Made by a program: the position numbers and the translations under genes. The notes under the pieces are model-generated. The model made no database searches and was not told the DNA's origin. It saw only the letters and a list, made by a program, of their open reading frames with translations. A DNA stretch of 63,637 nt, counting the filler, from Octopus bimaculoides (taxonomy: Eukaryota): the NCBI RefSeq assembly GCF_001194135.2. It is 7 parts of 6 records of this genome, joined end to end, with 100 filler letters (N's around TTAATTAATTAA, not from the genome) between each part and the next. Parts side by side here need not be neighbours in the genome. Positions count along the whole stretch, not along the records: positions 22,329 to 30,680 come from NC_069008.1; positions 30,781 to 37,319 come from NC_068981.1; positions 37,420 to 40,523 come from NC_069006.1; 4 more parts are not named here. One strand, given 5' to 3'. How positions within the stretch are numbered: the first letter of the stretch is position 1; every line of letters starts with the position of its first letter. This document shows positions 24,001 through 37,760 of the stretch, in pieces.

Positions 24001-24740
24001 CGGGTGTGCCAAAAAGTTTGACATCATTTCATAACCTAATAGTGTGAACAAGTTTCATCCAAATTGTCTCAAATTTTAGCAGCATGTCTAGAATTCAATA
24101 AATTTTAAAAATATGATCTTCGCATGGTTTTCTTTTCAGGATTAGACATGCCATTTACTACATCAGAAAAGGCATTTTGTGTATTGAAATACTCCCAAAC
24201 TCAGTCAAATGTGAACGTGCATTTGTTAGAAGATTTCTTAAACAAGTACCAACATGGAGACAGATTTGGTTGTGTCATGAGAAGTTTCAAAAGGAAAGCT
24301 GTTTGCACTGGAAAAAAAGGATCTGGATGGCCGGCAGTTTTAGGAGAGACGGTGAACCAACTTTGGGAAATGCTTAGCCAAAGTCCAAAGAAATCTGTGC
24401 GAAGAGGAAGACTGGAAACCTGGGTCCCCAACTGCTTGGCATGTCATAAGAAAATGCTTGTGGCTGACCCCTACAAACTTCAGCTTGAGCAGAATTGAAA
24501 GCTTGTTGAGAAGCAAAAGCGTAAAATGTACTGCGAAGAAATGCCAGAGAAACTTGAAGACAACAACTTTGGAAATTGTCTTGTTTTCAGCAATGAGGCC
24601 ACATTCCATATGAATAGCAAAGTGAACAAGCAAAATGTTTGCCTTTAGGGCAAAGAAAATCCAAATCACAGAATTGAACACGAAAGGGACTCACCAAAAG
24701 TGAATGTGTTCTGCATCATCTCAAAGAACTGTGATAACTT
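24001..24740 (+). mobile_element. Decayed Tc1/mariner element: TIR-like start and N-terminal half of the transposase
   Basis: Begins cgggtgtgccaaaaag. Frameshifted MPFTTSEKAFCVLKYSQTQS...SQSPKKSVRR...PYKLQL...LVFSNEATFHMNSKVNKQN...HERDSPKVNVFC. Confidence 0.85.
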
Positions 24741-25547
24741 TATAACATTATAAAATTGTCATCTCACAGAATTTAGTTCATTGGAAATCTGCAGAATAAA
24801 ACTTGTTATGTTGAAAATTCAGCCTATTAAGTTTCATTTCTCTTGACCATAGAGTCACTCCGAAATGGACATCTCAAACGAGGTCAATGTTTGGGGGGGA
24901 CACCCTACATATATGTATGTGTGCGTATGTGTATATATGCGTGCACACGTGGATGTATGTGTGTCTGTGTTTGTCCCTCACCACAGCTTGTCAACAGGTG
25001 TTGGAGTTTTACATTTGTGTAACTTAGCAGTTTAGCAAAAGTGACTGATACTAGAAGTACTAGATCTCACAAAGTTCCAAGAGTTAATTTCTTTGACTAA
25101 AAACCACTCAAGGTGGTGCCCCAGTATGGCCACAATCAAATGACTGAAACAAAGGATAAGAGATAGAATATATATATATATATATCATATACATTTCCTA
25201 TGATTGTATAACTTTTACATATATACATTTCTAATATGTATATATATTTCATATGCATCATGTATGTTTTTATATATCTGTATTGCATCTATATATTGCA
25301 ACCAAATATGTGTATATGAGTATGCATGTATGTGTGCAAGTATATACACAGAAGCAGAGTGATATCCGCCATCTTGTTGATAGCTTCCTCAACTGCTGTG
25401 GAATATTGCTTAAAATTGTGTTAATATATCAGAATGGTGGCATGTAGAGGTAGGTAGTATGTTGTAACAGTTAACGAATACAAACAGATACAGGCATATG
25501 GAATATATATATATATATATATAGATAGATATAGATATAGATATATA

Positions 25548-25600
<53 letters not shown>

Positions 25601-25609
25601 GTAGATAGA

Positions 25610-25980
<371 letters not shown>

Positions 25981-26766
25981 ATAGAGAGGAAGATAGGGCA
26001 GGTATTAATAAACATATATACATGTCGTTAGATAAGTACATAGATACAGTTATACATACACGTGTGTGTGTGCATGTAGATATGCAAATGTGAATACATA
26101 TATATATGCTATACATATTTTTACATATAGATACATATACACACATTCACAGGGCAAATTGAAAATTAAGAATAACTGAAAGTGAAAAAGACATACACAT
26201 GGGATGTATAAGCTTGATGCTCAGTGTAAGCTGACAGAAGAGAGTGTGTGTGTGTGTGTGTGTGTTTAAGCATACCAAATTGTTAGAGGTTCTAACGAGC
26301 TGTGATTTTCTTCCCATTCAGGGCTGTCTGTATTCAAGTACAAACCCTATCAAGATCAGTTTTATTTTGTGGGTTGATCAGTATAGTACCAGTCATATAC
26401 TGGGTCTGATACTTCTCTTATTTTCGTTCATTTTTGGCTGAAAGAAATCAACTATATAGCCAGGCAGACCTGCAAACAGACAGAACCGGCTCCAGTAAGT
26501 CTTAAAATGACCAAGACCATGCCATAAGTGACGCTGGTGTGCCAAATATTTTGTCATGAACTGAAGGGTCATGGCAAGCAATATATCTTGCACTGGTTTC
26601 AGCAAAATGGCAGTGCCATGCTGGAGCACTCCTTTCAGCATGTTTGTGTCTCCTTTCCGTACTGTTTTTGGCGAAGAAGTGAGTTGGACAGAGCTGGGTA
26701 TAAAAATGAAAATGCATATTTTTACATTCATATATATGTGTGAATATATATATATGTATATATGTA

Positions 26767-26858
<92 letters not shown>

Positions 26859-27607
26859 TATGTATGTATGTATTTGTGAATGTATATCATATATATGTGT
26901 GAATATGTGTGTGTGTGATATGTATAGATTTATGTGTGTGTATGTATGTATATATATATATATATTTACATATATGCATAACTATGTATGTGTGTGTGTG
27001 TGTGTTTATAAGAGAGTGAGAGGAACAGACATTTATCCTGATAGAATATAAACACACAATAAAGCAAAGACAAACACATTAACTTTATATACATCATAAG
27101 TGTGTACGGGTGTGCTATACAAACGTACACAGATTCATACATACATACATACATATATATATGTGTATATATAGAAAGCCAAGCTGGAGCACACAAAGGC
27201 TGTGGATATGTGTACAGCTATGTTTGTACACATGTATGTGTGTACATAAATGTGTGCATGTATGTATCCGCATGCATGCATGTGTGTGTGTGTGTGCGTG
27301 TGTGTGTGTATATACATACCAATATAGCTGTTCGCGGATGCATGTCGCTGCACATGTTATATGCATACTGTGGAGGTCTGCAGCAAAGAGAACTCCTGCT
27401 GGTTAGCGGTTGTTAACACTCACCCAGAGAGACGAACAGACAGACACATAGGCGCACACACACACACACACTCTCTCTCTCTCTCTCTCTTTGTTCCCCT
27501 CCTCTCTCTCTCTGCATATATATATACACACACACACACAGATATATATGTATACACATAAAAATATATATACATACCACGTGTATATACACTTGCTCAC
27601 CTATATG

Positions 27608-27650
<43 letters not shown>

Positions 27651-28324
27651 GAATATATANNNNNNNNNNNNNNNNNNNNNNNNNNNNNNNNNNNNNNNNN
27701 NNNNNNNNNNNNNNNNNNNNNNNNNNNNNNNNNNNNNNNNNNNNNNNNNNNNNNNNNNNNNNNNNNNNNNNNNNNNNNNNNNNNNNNNNNNNNNNNNNNN
27801 NNNNNNNNNNNNNNNNNNNNNNNNNNNNNNNNNNNNNNNNNNNNNNNNNNNNNNNNNNNNNNNNNNNNNNNNNNNNNNNNNNNNNNNNNNNNNNNNNNNN
27901 NNNNNNNNNNNNNNNNNNNNNNNNNNNNNNNNNNNNNNNNNNNNNNNNNNNNNNNNNNNNNNNNNNNNNNNNNNNNNNNNNNNNNNNNNNNNNNNNNNNN
28001 NNNNNNNNNNNNNNNNNNNNNNNNNNNNNNNNNNNNNNNNNNNNNNNNNNNNNNNNNNNNNNATGGGGTCTTTTTTACCCAGGGTTTCTCATCCATAAAG
28101 GGTCTAGCTTTAGAACATATCTTCAAATCCCAAAACCTGTTGACCTATGACCTCTTTAAAGTATGGAAGGGAATATATATATATATATATATATATATTT
28201 GCATCTAAATACACATACACACACATGTATACAGATACAGAGAGAGGGAGAGAGAGAGAGAAAGAAAGATAGACAGATAGATAAAGAGACAGAGTGACAC
28301 ACAGACAGACAGATAGATAGATAA

Positions 28325-28389
<65 letters not shown>

Positions 28390-29203
28390 CAGATAGATAG
28401 ATAGACAGATAGATAGATAGATAGATAAAGTGATATAGACAGGCAGTTATATAAATAGAAAGATTTGAAGATAGTCGTATAGGTAGATAAGTAAGTAAGA
28501 TATAGAAATAGAGAAACTGACTGACTGACAGCCAGACAGACAAATATGCATGAACAGATTGACACCATACAGGTCAGTGCTACAATCTCCAGTGAAACAG
28601 AAGTTACTGCTATCCTCTGCGTATTGAGCAATTTCTAAAGCACAAACAGATGGAAGAGTCATGGGTGAAATGTCTTTGATCCATTTTCCCACTGGATCGA
28701 GCTTGACCAAGGGCGAAACAGCAACACCACCACAAAACACTCCTCAGCACCACCACCGCCAGTGGTGGTCGCGTTTTCTGTTGATTGATAGTTTAATCAA
28801 TCAACACACACACACAACCTCTTTCTCTCACTTCGTTCTCTCTCTCTGTCATATGCTCCCATACACACACATTTACAGACTTCCTTCCCCCCCTCTCTCT
28901 CACATGCACTCATATACAAACGCACACACACATACACATGCAGGTGCATGGGAATTGTACACATGGAAGCATACATGCACTTTACATCACATTGCATTCA
29001 TGAATGCACTAATATTATGTATATGTGGAAATGTGTGCGTGTGTCTATCTACCTTGATACCTTAACATCTACCTTTCTCTTTTTTATAGCTATCTCTCTC
29101 TCTCATCTGCCTCTCTATCTATCTATCTGTCTGTCTGTCACATTATCTATCTGTCTATCTATTTATCTATCTGTCTATTTCTATCTTTCTATCAATCTAT
29201 CTA

Positions 29204-29234
<31 letters not shown>

Positions 29235-29480
29235 TTATCTTAATACCGATCTAACTATCCATCCGTTTGTCTGTCCGTCCGTCCATCTGTTAATCTATCA
29301 TCTAGGCAAAAGCACTACTGATGCTCACTTCCTAGTAAAGTAACTTTAGAAGAGGTTGTTAGTCGAAACTAGAGCACTGAACTTTGAATTTATTGACATG
29401 GAGGAAACCTAGCCCCCCCCACTCCCTCATTTGAAGGATGCTGCAGAAGTTAGGGGGTTGAGAAATGGCTGGGGGGAGCC

Positions 29481-29875
29481 CCCAAAGCCATGTACAGGGG
29501 GTGCTGTCAGTGAGGTGAAAGTTAGCAATGAGCATCACAGTGAATGTAGTGTGTAGGCAAGAGTTCATCAGGGCTCTGTTCTTAGTCCCCTCTTATTTAT
29601 TGTACTCCCCCAGATGATAACAGAGGAGTTTAAGACTGGTTACCAATAGGAGCAGTTCCAATGCTGATGCCTCTATTGTTACTGGTGAATCTGTGGCAGA
29701 ATTAGAAAAGAAAACCTAGGACTTTGAATTTAAACTAAACCAGACCAAAGTTCTAGTAAGCAAGAAAAGGGACAAACCACTAATTCCTTCAAGAAAATGG
29801 TTCAAAATGTAGAAAAGGTGTTGATAGAAATAATATATGGTGTACCAGATGTAAAGTATGGATGCTTAACACCCC
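29481..29875 (+). pseudogene. Older decayed RTE RT fragment
   Basis: AMYR...VHQGSVLSPLLFIVLPQMITEEFKTG...KGVDRNNIWCTRCKVWM, collinear with 21987-22228. Confidence 0.8.
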
Positions 29876-30134
29876 TTCCAAACGTACCTGTTGCCTAAGC
29901 TACTTTTCTAACCATTTTCTAATGCTCCCTGTTACTGCCCCCTTCTCATGTTTTCTAAGCTGGTCTCTGTCTATTTCTCAACTCACAGTTAACTTAAAAC
30001 GGCAGACACGATCACCGTCTTGAATAAATTTATGTCCAAAGGTAATCCTATGCAACAGAGTCGTAAACTAACAAAGACTTTCTTCGGATTTGTATCAGTG
30101 ATACGATCTTAGAGGAAATAGAAAAAATTGATAC

Positions 30135-30236
30135 GGCGCTTCTTCAGAAACACACCTCTCCAATTAATTCAAAGTGTTGGGGGTTAGGATTAAGATTAGG
30201 GTTAGTGTCGGAGAAATGCGTTTCTGAAGAAGCGCC
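30135..30236. mobile_element. 102-bp MITE with 27-bp TIRs, 8-bp TSD (7/8) and TTAGGG-like core
   Basis: ggcgcttcttcagaaacacacctctcc versus reverse complement ggcgcttcttcagaaacgcatttctcc; flanks ATTGATAC and TTTGATAC. Confidence 0.8.
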
Positions 30237-30855
30237 TTTGATACAAACATAAAAAAAACTCAGTAATTTCAAAAGTTTTCCACTTTTACTGTTTACGAAT
30301 TTTTTTTTAAAGTCTACCCTTTAAGAAAAAAAAAAAAAGACATAGGAGATTACGATTGTGCAAGGGTAAAGTTTTCAGAAATTCAATATTTTAAAGGAGT
30401 TTCGTTTCGATCCTTTTAACCTTTAGGGTTTGGGATGAATGCTTGAAGAGTTTGGATTTGTCCAAGACTGTCAGGTTGACTGAAGATGCAGACCTGAGAC
30501 TGGATTCGGATGATTAAGCCCAGTGAGGTGTGAAATTGTTTAGGATATTTCTGTACACACACGCCATCACCTATTTTTATAATCTGATTTAAGCAGAGCT
30601 AAACAAGGATTTCGAAAAAGAAGACCTAGTAAACAAAAAAGGGGAGATGTAAAGAGAGAGGGAAAGAAAAGAGAGAGAGANNNNNNNNNNNNNNNNNNNN
30701 NNNNNNNNNNNNNNNNNNNNNNNNTTAATTAATTAANNNNNNNNNNNNNNNNNNNNNNNNNNNNNNNNNNNNNNNNNNNNAATGAATTACGTTATATCCT
30801 TATCCAACTATAGTTCTCATACTCGGTTATAATGTCTTACATTTAAGCTGGTTCT

Positions 30856-30956
30856 CATACATTTCCCTGAGGAGAAGTCTACATTTTTAACATCGCCGAT
30901 TCCTATGGATCGCATAAATTGTAATTCTTCGAAACATATATCGGAATAAAAGTATG
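30856..30956 (+). ncRNA. Hammerhead-like motif with long stem II (one stem III mismatch)
   Basis: UUCC-CUGAGGA-GAAG...CUUC-GAAA-C-AUAU-AUC^GGAA; distal CAUAC/GUAUG extension of stem I. Confidence 0.55.
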
Positions 30957-32024
30957 CAGTTATAACATGCGTTTACTCCATTCTTTAAATTTATATATAT
31001 TCAAATACCCAAAATATCAAGGAGTTTCTGCCTCACAAACAGGAGTTACACCACAGTTATTTTGTGATCTTTGCTACCCTGGTATCTATTAACCCATTTA
31101 TTTTATCCGAATTATTCTTAATTAGGAGAAAATAAATACATATAATTATATATATATATGTATATATATATAAGATTTTTCAACCTGTTTACATATTACT
31201 GTCTATAGTATTGTGCTTCGAGATCCACTGCTTCACAAAAGATATATACATATATAGACACGTGGGGCTTCCGCACCCTTTCTGTCTACCAAATTCACTC
31301 TCAAGACACTAGTCTGGTCTGGTCTGATCTAGTCTGGTCTGATCTGGTCTGGTCTGGTTTATAGTAGAAGACACTGGCCCAAGTTGCTGCTCTCTGGAAC
31401 TGAACTCAGACGCATGTGATTGCATACTGAGCTTCTTAACCACATAGCTATGACTGCGTCTCTGATATACAAATCATTTCAAATCCATTTATTTCAATAG
31501 CGATTTTATCCGTAGACAAAAATGTCATTTATTTATTTATTTATTTATTTTTGTAAGGAATAGTTATAGAGGATAGGACCAATTTCTATATAACTGGCAC
31601 TTACAGATTCTGTAAATCTTCATGGTATTTGAACTCAGATCTAAGAAGAATGAACTTAAAATGTTTAACCTACTGTCTTACTGTTTATTTTTATATTTTA
31701 ATTTGAATCCTGGTGGGATTCGAACTCAGAACCAAGAAGAATTAGCATAAATGCCCCAGAGTTCTTGAACCGACAACCTACCATTTTGGTCAGCAAGAAG
31801 CCCTATTTATATTTTTATAATGAAGGAGAATGAAACAGTTTGATACCAATGAAATATAACTAAACGTGAGACTTTTCATACACCGTCCATAAAATCATAA
31901 CAGTGCAAAAGTAGACAATTCACAGAAAAACGTAAATATTTTATAGTCAGTTACACGAAGGCGAGTGTTTACCAAGGAACGCTATAAACTCTTCTTTATT
32001 ACGACAGACGATGAAAAATCGACG

Positions 32025-32120
32025 ATGAAATACTACAGAAGTTCACTGAGATTTCACATAATCGACTGAATGAACAACTGCAACATTCTAACGGCGATTA
32101 TCTAGACAACGTTGCTCTTT
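32025..32120 (+). pseudogene. Possible Tc1/mariner C-terminal remnant
   Basis: DEILQKFTEISHNRLNEQLQHSNGDYLDNV loosely resembles transposase tails. Confidence 0.3.
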
Positions 32121-32276
32121 TCTTCTTTCTTCAAATTTTCTTCCATTTCTCGCCGAGTGTTTTCCGTACACCTAGGGCAGAGAAGCTCATTGTATGCATT
32201 CCCAGTTTACACACGCAAATTCACGGGCAAAATACGTATTAAAACAAAATTAATTAAAAAAATATTATTATCATCA

Positions 32277-32317
<41 letters not shown>

Positions 32318-33637
32318 GCGGCGAGCTGGCGTTAGCACGCCGGACAAAATGCTTACCAGCATTTCTTCCGGTTTTAGGTTCTGATATCGACTTGGCCTTT
32401 CAGTGTTGATAGAATTAGTACGAGTTGAACACTGGGGGTCGATGTAATGGACTTGTCCCACCCTTAATACAAATTCCAATCTTAGCGCCTATAGCAGAAA
32501 AAATAACTGAAGTTGGTATTATGACTAATTAAATGATTACTTAGATGATTGATTATGCCACGTATCTTCGAATTCTTATGGCTATCGATATCCCTTTCTC
32601 TGATTTAATTTTCTGGAGATTATTGTTTACTTTTTTTTTATTCTTCTAAAAGATATTATCTGATCACCAATTAATACAGAAACGCCATCAGAGAGAGAGG
32701 AGAAAGAACAATAACAAGATTAAACAGATTTAACAATTCTATCCACTGCTATCGATCATTTACGCGTTGGAACCAACTGATTGAGAAAACAACAAACTAC
32801 AATAGTTATCTTTGCTTCGTATTGATTGATTATCAGAAAGGTTTTCTTTCTAAACAGCTCAGAACAGGCTTAGATATATTAAAGGAACGACGCTGTGAAT
32901 CAGTTTAAATCGACAACTTTAGCTAATGTAGACCTCGCAAACAATCGCAAATATTGCGCTTCTTTGTGTAGATTCTTCATTGCATGTATAAAAGAATTAA
33001 CCAATATTCTGTATCAGAAAGATTGGAAGTAGGAGGATAATAGATGCGACCAACCCAATTTCATATTACATGTGATATTCTCTGAATAGGGAACACGGAA
33101 AAAAAAATAACAAAAGAAAAAAAAGAAGGAAAATGGTGTCGAGGTTAATAGCACAAGTAATTTATATGAAAGGCATTAGAGATTTAGGGAAAGATATAAG
33201 TAAATAGAAATGGCGCAGAAAATACGGTTATATTTATAACTAAGTGTAATGTCAATCTTGGTTAAAGAAAACAACCATCCAGCTATAAGATCATCAGATG
33301 AGAAGTATTGACATTACATGTGGAAATTCTATATTTCGTTGCTGAAGGCTCAGCCATCGTTTGAACCTGAAATCAACAATCAGCTGATTATCTATAAGAT
33401 GACGGTATGTAGAGTAGAAGAAGGCCTACAGACAGCAACCATATGACAAAGAAACCATGGACTGCTGGAAGGATAAGTGTCATTATGTATCTCGTTGATT
33501 GGACATGATCAGGAAGAGAACAACCGGGAAAATGAATCCGATGCTAACGAGACAAAAGAAAAGAACTTGGCAGAGATAAGATAAAGAGGGAGAAAACGGG
33601 AGATTCGCGACATCGCAGTCATTAAATACATAGTTAA

Positions 33638-33850
33638 GGCAGAGAACTGGCAGAATGGTTAGCACGCCGGACAAAATGCTTAGCAGCATTTCGTCCGTCC
33701 TTACTTTCTGAGTTCAAGTTCCGCCGAGGTCGACTTTGCCTTTCATCCTTTTGGGAACGATAAAATAAGTACCAGTTGAATACTGGGGTCGATTTAATCG
33801 AATTACCCCTACCCCGAACTTGTACCGAAATTTGAAACCATTTTTAAACT
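33638..33850 (+). mobile_element. tRNA-derived SINE with a widely shared central domain (OK/Meta-like)
   Basis: ggcagagaactggcagaatggttagcacgccggacaaaatgcttagc...gagttcaagttcc gccgaggtcgactttgcctttcatcc. Other copies: 4606-4650, 32317-32500, 31700-31790(-), 41510-41700(-), 42040-42150(-), 49270-49470(-), 49555-49740(-), 57830-58010(-). Confidence 0.8.
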
Positions 33851-34540
33851 CGTAGGTTACTGGTCCATGGAAATTATATTGAAACCTAAACACGCCCACA
33901 TGCGGGTAAGTGCATATATTCCTACGCACAGTGATAACCACACAAATATGCACATTCAGTAAACTCACACACACACACACACATACATATATACATACAT
34001 GCATACATACACACACACATATATATGTATGTATGTATGTATGTATAACCCATTACATCTACACATTTAAAGCAGTTTGCCAACGGCCCTTCAGCAGCAA
34101 CACACCCTGATAAACTCAGTGACTACTACTAAATTCAGGCCACGACAGACAGAGAGGATGTTCTTGAAGCCGAGGATTTTAAACTCACGGAGACAATATT
34201 TACATATCGCCTGAGGAAACACAACTAGATCTCATAATGCAGGGAAACAGTTGCGCAATCTAGTACCTGCACATCTGGAGAACTATGTTGCGTGGAAACA
34301 ATTGTAGCGATTAAAAAATAAATATCCAACGGTACTCCTTCTTGTTGACTCCAAGTTTTTAAATTATCTATTCACACACAACAGATGCCCAAACGCAAGC
34401 CTGGAAATACGTATAATACTACAACTGGATAGCCCAAGGTGAACTCTGAAGGTGAATTAGCTCTATACTGTACTCTACTACGTTCTTAAAAGAAAATATC
34501 ATAACTCTTATATATATACACATGACAGGTTTATGTATAA

Positions 34541-34698
34541 AATTAGTCGAAGGACTTACTAAGTATCTCTAACTGCTGGAGATAACAGTCAAAACTATTT
34601 AAATCGCCAAGATACATTGTGCATTTTAGCGATTTAGATAGGAGTTTTGACTGTAATTTCCAGCAGGTAAACATACTTAGTATGTCCTTTGATTAATT
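34541..34698. repeat. ~158-bp imperfect fold-back hairpin
   Basis: Left arm aattagtcgaaggacttactaagtat...ctgctggagataacagtcaaaact pairs with right arm agttttgactgtaatttccagcagg...atacttagtatgtcctttgattaatt. Confidence 0.85.
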
Positions 34699-35092
34699 TT
34701 AATCCTTCTGCTATTTAATGATTTTTGGGAGGCCTGCAATCGCCTATGTTATTGATTCTGTTATTATCATTTTTAAATTGTGATACTAGATAATAATAGT
34801 CAACGATATCTTCGTAAATTATTTTTTCGTGACTTATTTGCTCCGTATTAATATATATTTAATTCTCTATATTGAATACTCAATATTTCATATATTCAAC
34901 AAGACATTCAATACTTCATTTATTTTTATATTATATAGTATATATTCCATATTCTATATCCCACATTAATTTTACAAGAATATAAATAAAACATAAAAAA
35001 ACAGACTCTTTTATTTAAAACTCTTTTAAATAAAATAATATATTCCTCTATACACGATCATACAAAACCCCTTTTTTGTATTTATTTTTATT

Positions 35093-35126
<34 letters not shown>

Positions 35127-35981
35127 NNNNNNNNNNNNNNNNNNNNNNNNNNNNNNNNNNNNNNNNNNNNNNNNNNNNNNNNNNNNNNNNNNNNNNNNNN
35201 NNNNNNNNNNNNNNNNNNNNNNNNNNNNNNNNNNNNNNNNNNNNNNNNNNNNNNNNNNNNNNNNNNNNNNNNNNNNNNNNNNNNNNNNNNNNNNNNNNNN
35301 NNNNNNNNNNNNNNNNNNNNNNNNNNNNNNNNNNNNNNNNNNNNNNNNNNNNNNNNNNNNNNNNNNNNNNNNNNNNNNNNNNNNNNNNNNNNNNNNNNNN
35401 NNNNNNNNNNNNNNNNNNNNNNNNNNNNNNNNNNNNNNNNNNNNNNNNNNNNNNNNNNNNNNNNNNNNNNNNNNNNNNNNNNNNNNNNNNNNNNNNNNNN
35501 NNNNNNNNNNNNNNNNNNNNNNNNNNNNNNNNNNNNNNNNNNNNNNNNNNNNNNNNNNNNNNNNNNNNNNNNNNNNNNNNNNNNNNNNNNNNNNNNNNNN
35601 NNNNNNNNNNNNNNNNNNNNNNNNNNNNNNNNNNNNNNNNNNNNNNNNNNNNNNNNNNNNNNNNNNNNNNNNNNNNNNNNNNNNNNNNNNNNNNNNNNNN
35701 NNNNNNNNNNNNNNNNNNNNNNNNNNNNNNNNNNNNNNNNNNNNNNNNNNNNNNNNNNNNNNNNNNNNNNNNNNNNNNNNNNNNNNNNNNNNNNNNNNNN
35801 NNNNNNNNNNNNNNNNNNNNNNNNNNNNNNNNNNNNNNNNNNNNNNNNNNNNNNNNNNNNNNNNNNNNNNNNNNNNNNNNNNNNNNNNNNNNNNNNNNNN
35901 NNNNNNNNNNNNNNNNNNNNNNNNNNNNNNNNNNNNNNNNNNNNNNNNNNNNNNNNNNNNNNNNNNNNNNNNNNNNNNNNN

Positions 35982-36023
<42 letters not shown>

Positions 36024-37429
36024 CACATACTGGTGGCACACGCATATGCACACATTGGTAAATACCCATGTGCATCCACATAACATTTCTTGGCATTTTA
36101 GTGATTTTTCTGCAATGAAATATCAACTAAACCCTAACCCTTTCCATGTGTGTGCGTGTCTGTATGGTAAGTGTGTGCCTGTGTCCCTTTGTGAGTATGT
36201 GTACTTTCGTTTATGTGTGTCTTTCTTTTCGCTATCTCTCCAGTCATATCTCTTTCATCCCTCCTCACTTTCTCTCCCTCTCTCTCTCTCTCTCTCTCTT
36301 TCTCCATCTATCTATTCATCTATCTGTCTCCCTTCATCTTTCTCTGTACACGTGTGATTTATCGAAAGAGGCTGCGGTCTCTTCAAATGCGTGTTGAATC
36401 AACCATGGTGGTGTGTGTTACATATCTCTCTTTTTCTCTCTCTCTCTCCCTCTCTCTCTCTCTCCCTCTCTTCTCTCTCTCTCTCTCTCTGTATTCTCAC
36501 TCTGTCCCTCTTTCTCTTTCCCTTGCTCCCTCTTTCTCTCCCTCACTATTCCACAGTTACCGGACATTCATCCATGATCAACAGACATTCTACAATGGAA
36601 CATCTGAATCTAATTACCTTCATTTTTGCTTACGACTTTTAAAATATGTTCGGTCTTCCTTCTACACCCCACACCCATTTACACCTATAAACATTCCACT
36701 GTTCACAACCGTTTTCCAACTTACAATTCTTCAATTACTTTCAAGACTTCCCTGTTTGTTATTGTATGAATCCTGAGATTGAAATATTCAATGATTTTTC
36801 TTTATTTTGTTGTTTTTGCTTTGTCTTTTTTGCATGTTTTTATTTTTGTATTTGTTTACCAAGAATTCCTGATGTTTGTCCACTAGATGTCAGGAAGAGA
36901 CAAACAAAATGACTTCACAAATTTACTTGTTACTAAAGATGTTATTTAAATGAAGAATTTTCTGACAATGGTAATGGTAGAAAAGTCACAAGAATCTAAT
37001 TCTGGAGTGAAACAGCTACGATTGAGAACCATCACTAACCACTAGTGCTACCGTCTCATCCATTAACACGTGTTGGACATGGGTTGTCGCAGATAACTTT
37101 TACTCTGTCTGCGGAAAAGATTCTGTGATCCTGTATATTAGTTTCTCATTATGGATGTACATAAGTATGTATGAAGAAACTGTATACTCACATAGATACA
37201 CACACACACACACACATGCACCGGTAATACAGTAGGGTTGCAACTGCAACGGTTACAAATCGATGCAGTAGAAACATGTGTAGCTTTGTTTGAAGCTATA
37301 TATATATATATATATATATNNNNNNNNNNNNNNNNNNNNNNNNNNNNNNNNNNNNNNNNNNNNTTAATTAATTAANNNNNNNNNNNNNNNNNNNNNNNNN
37401 NNNNNNNNNNNNNNNNNNNACGGCCAGAC

Positions 37430-37760
37430 GAGAAAAATTATGTGTCTATGAACGCGATGAGGCACGAACTTGAGAGGGACAAAGTGGTGCGTGCGTTGCA
37501 TGGCGAAAGCCAAGGAAGGAAAGGATTATTGACCGGAAGCATGTGACCATGCCGGTAGCGGGAGAAACAAAGGGAGGAAGTAGAAGAATAGGTGAGCAAC
37601 AGGGGAAAAGAGAAAGAGAGGAAATACGAGGGGGAAAAAGAGATACGTAGTAGTAACAGAGGAAGAACGAGAGGGGTAAAGCGAGATACGTAGTAGTAAA
37701 GAGGAAGAACGAGAGGGGGAAAAAAGAAAGAGAAAGAGATAGAGTAGCGTAGAGGGAGAA
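37430..37760. repeat. GC-richer interspersed repeat fragment followed by a ~46-nt tandem duplication
   Basis: gagatacgtagtagtaa(c)agaggaagaacgagagggg occurs twice at ~37640-37720. Confidence 0.5.

Noticed and set aside
26400-26700. Unique island with HWFQQNG (mariner-like) on + and [14 protein letters not shown] (piggyBac-like) on -
   Set aside because: Single short resemblances with no second motif in register; not a lyase exon; left unassigned.
28540-28790. GC-richer unique segment and other isolated exon-like stretches (30420-30520, 33350-33410, 47370-47450, 51405-51480)
   Set aside because: None encodes the expected lyase motifs (NHGAFG, QPLRF, DGAH, NCHKW) or a family I recognise; splice support is one-sided.
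35048-36126. Long ORFs spanning N-gaps (also 6632-7321, 27491-28150, 42981-43776, 50173-50922, 55016-55442, 61601-62574)
   Set aside because: Open only because N codons cannot be stops.
37628-37720. Short direct repeats considered as CRISPR-like
   Set aside because: Two-copy tandem duplication without unique spacers, in a eukaryotic context.
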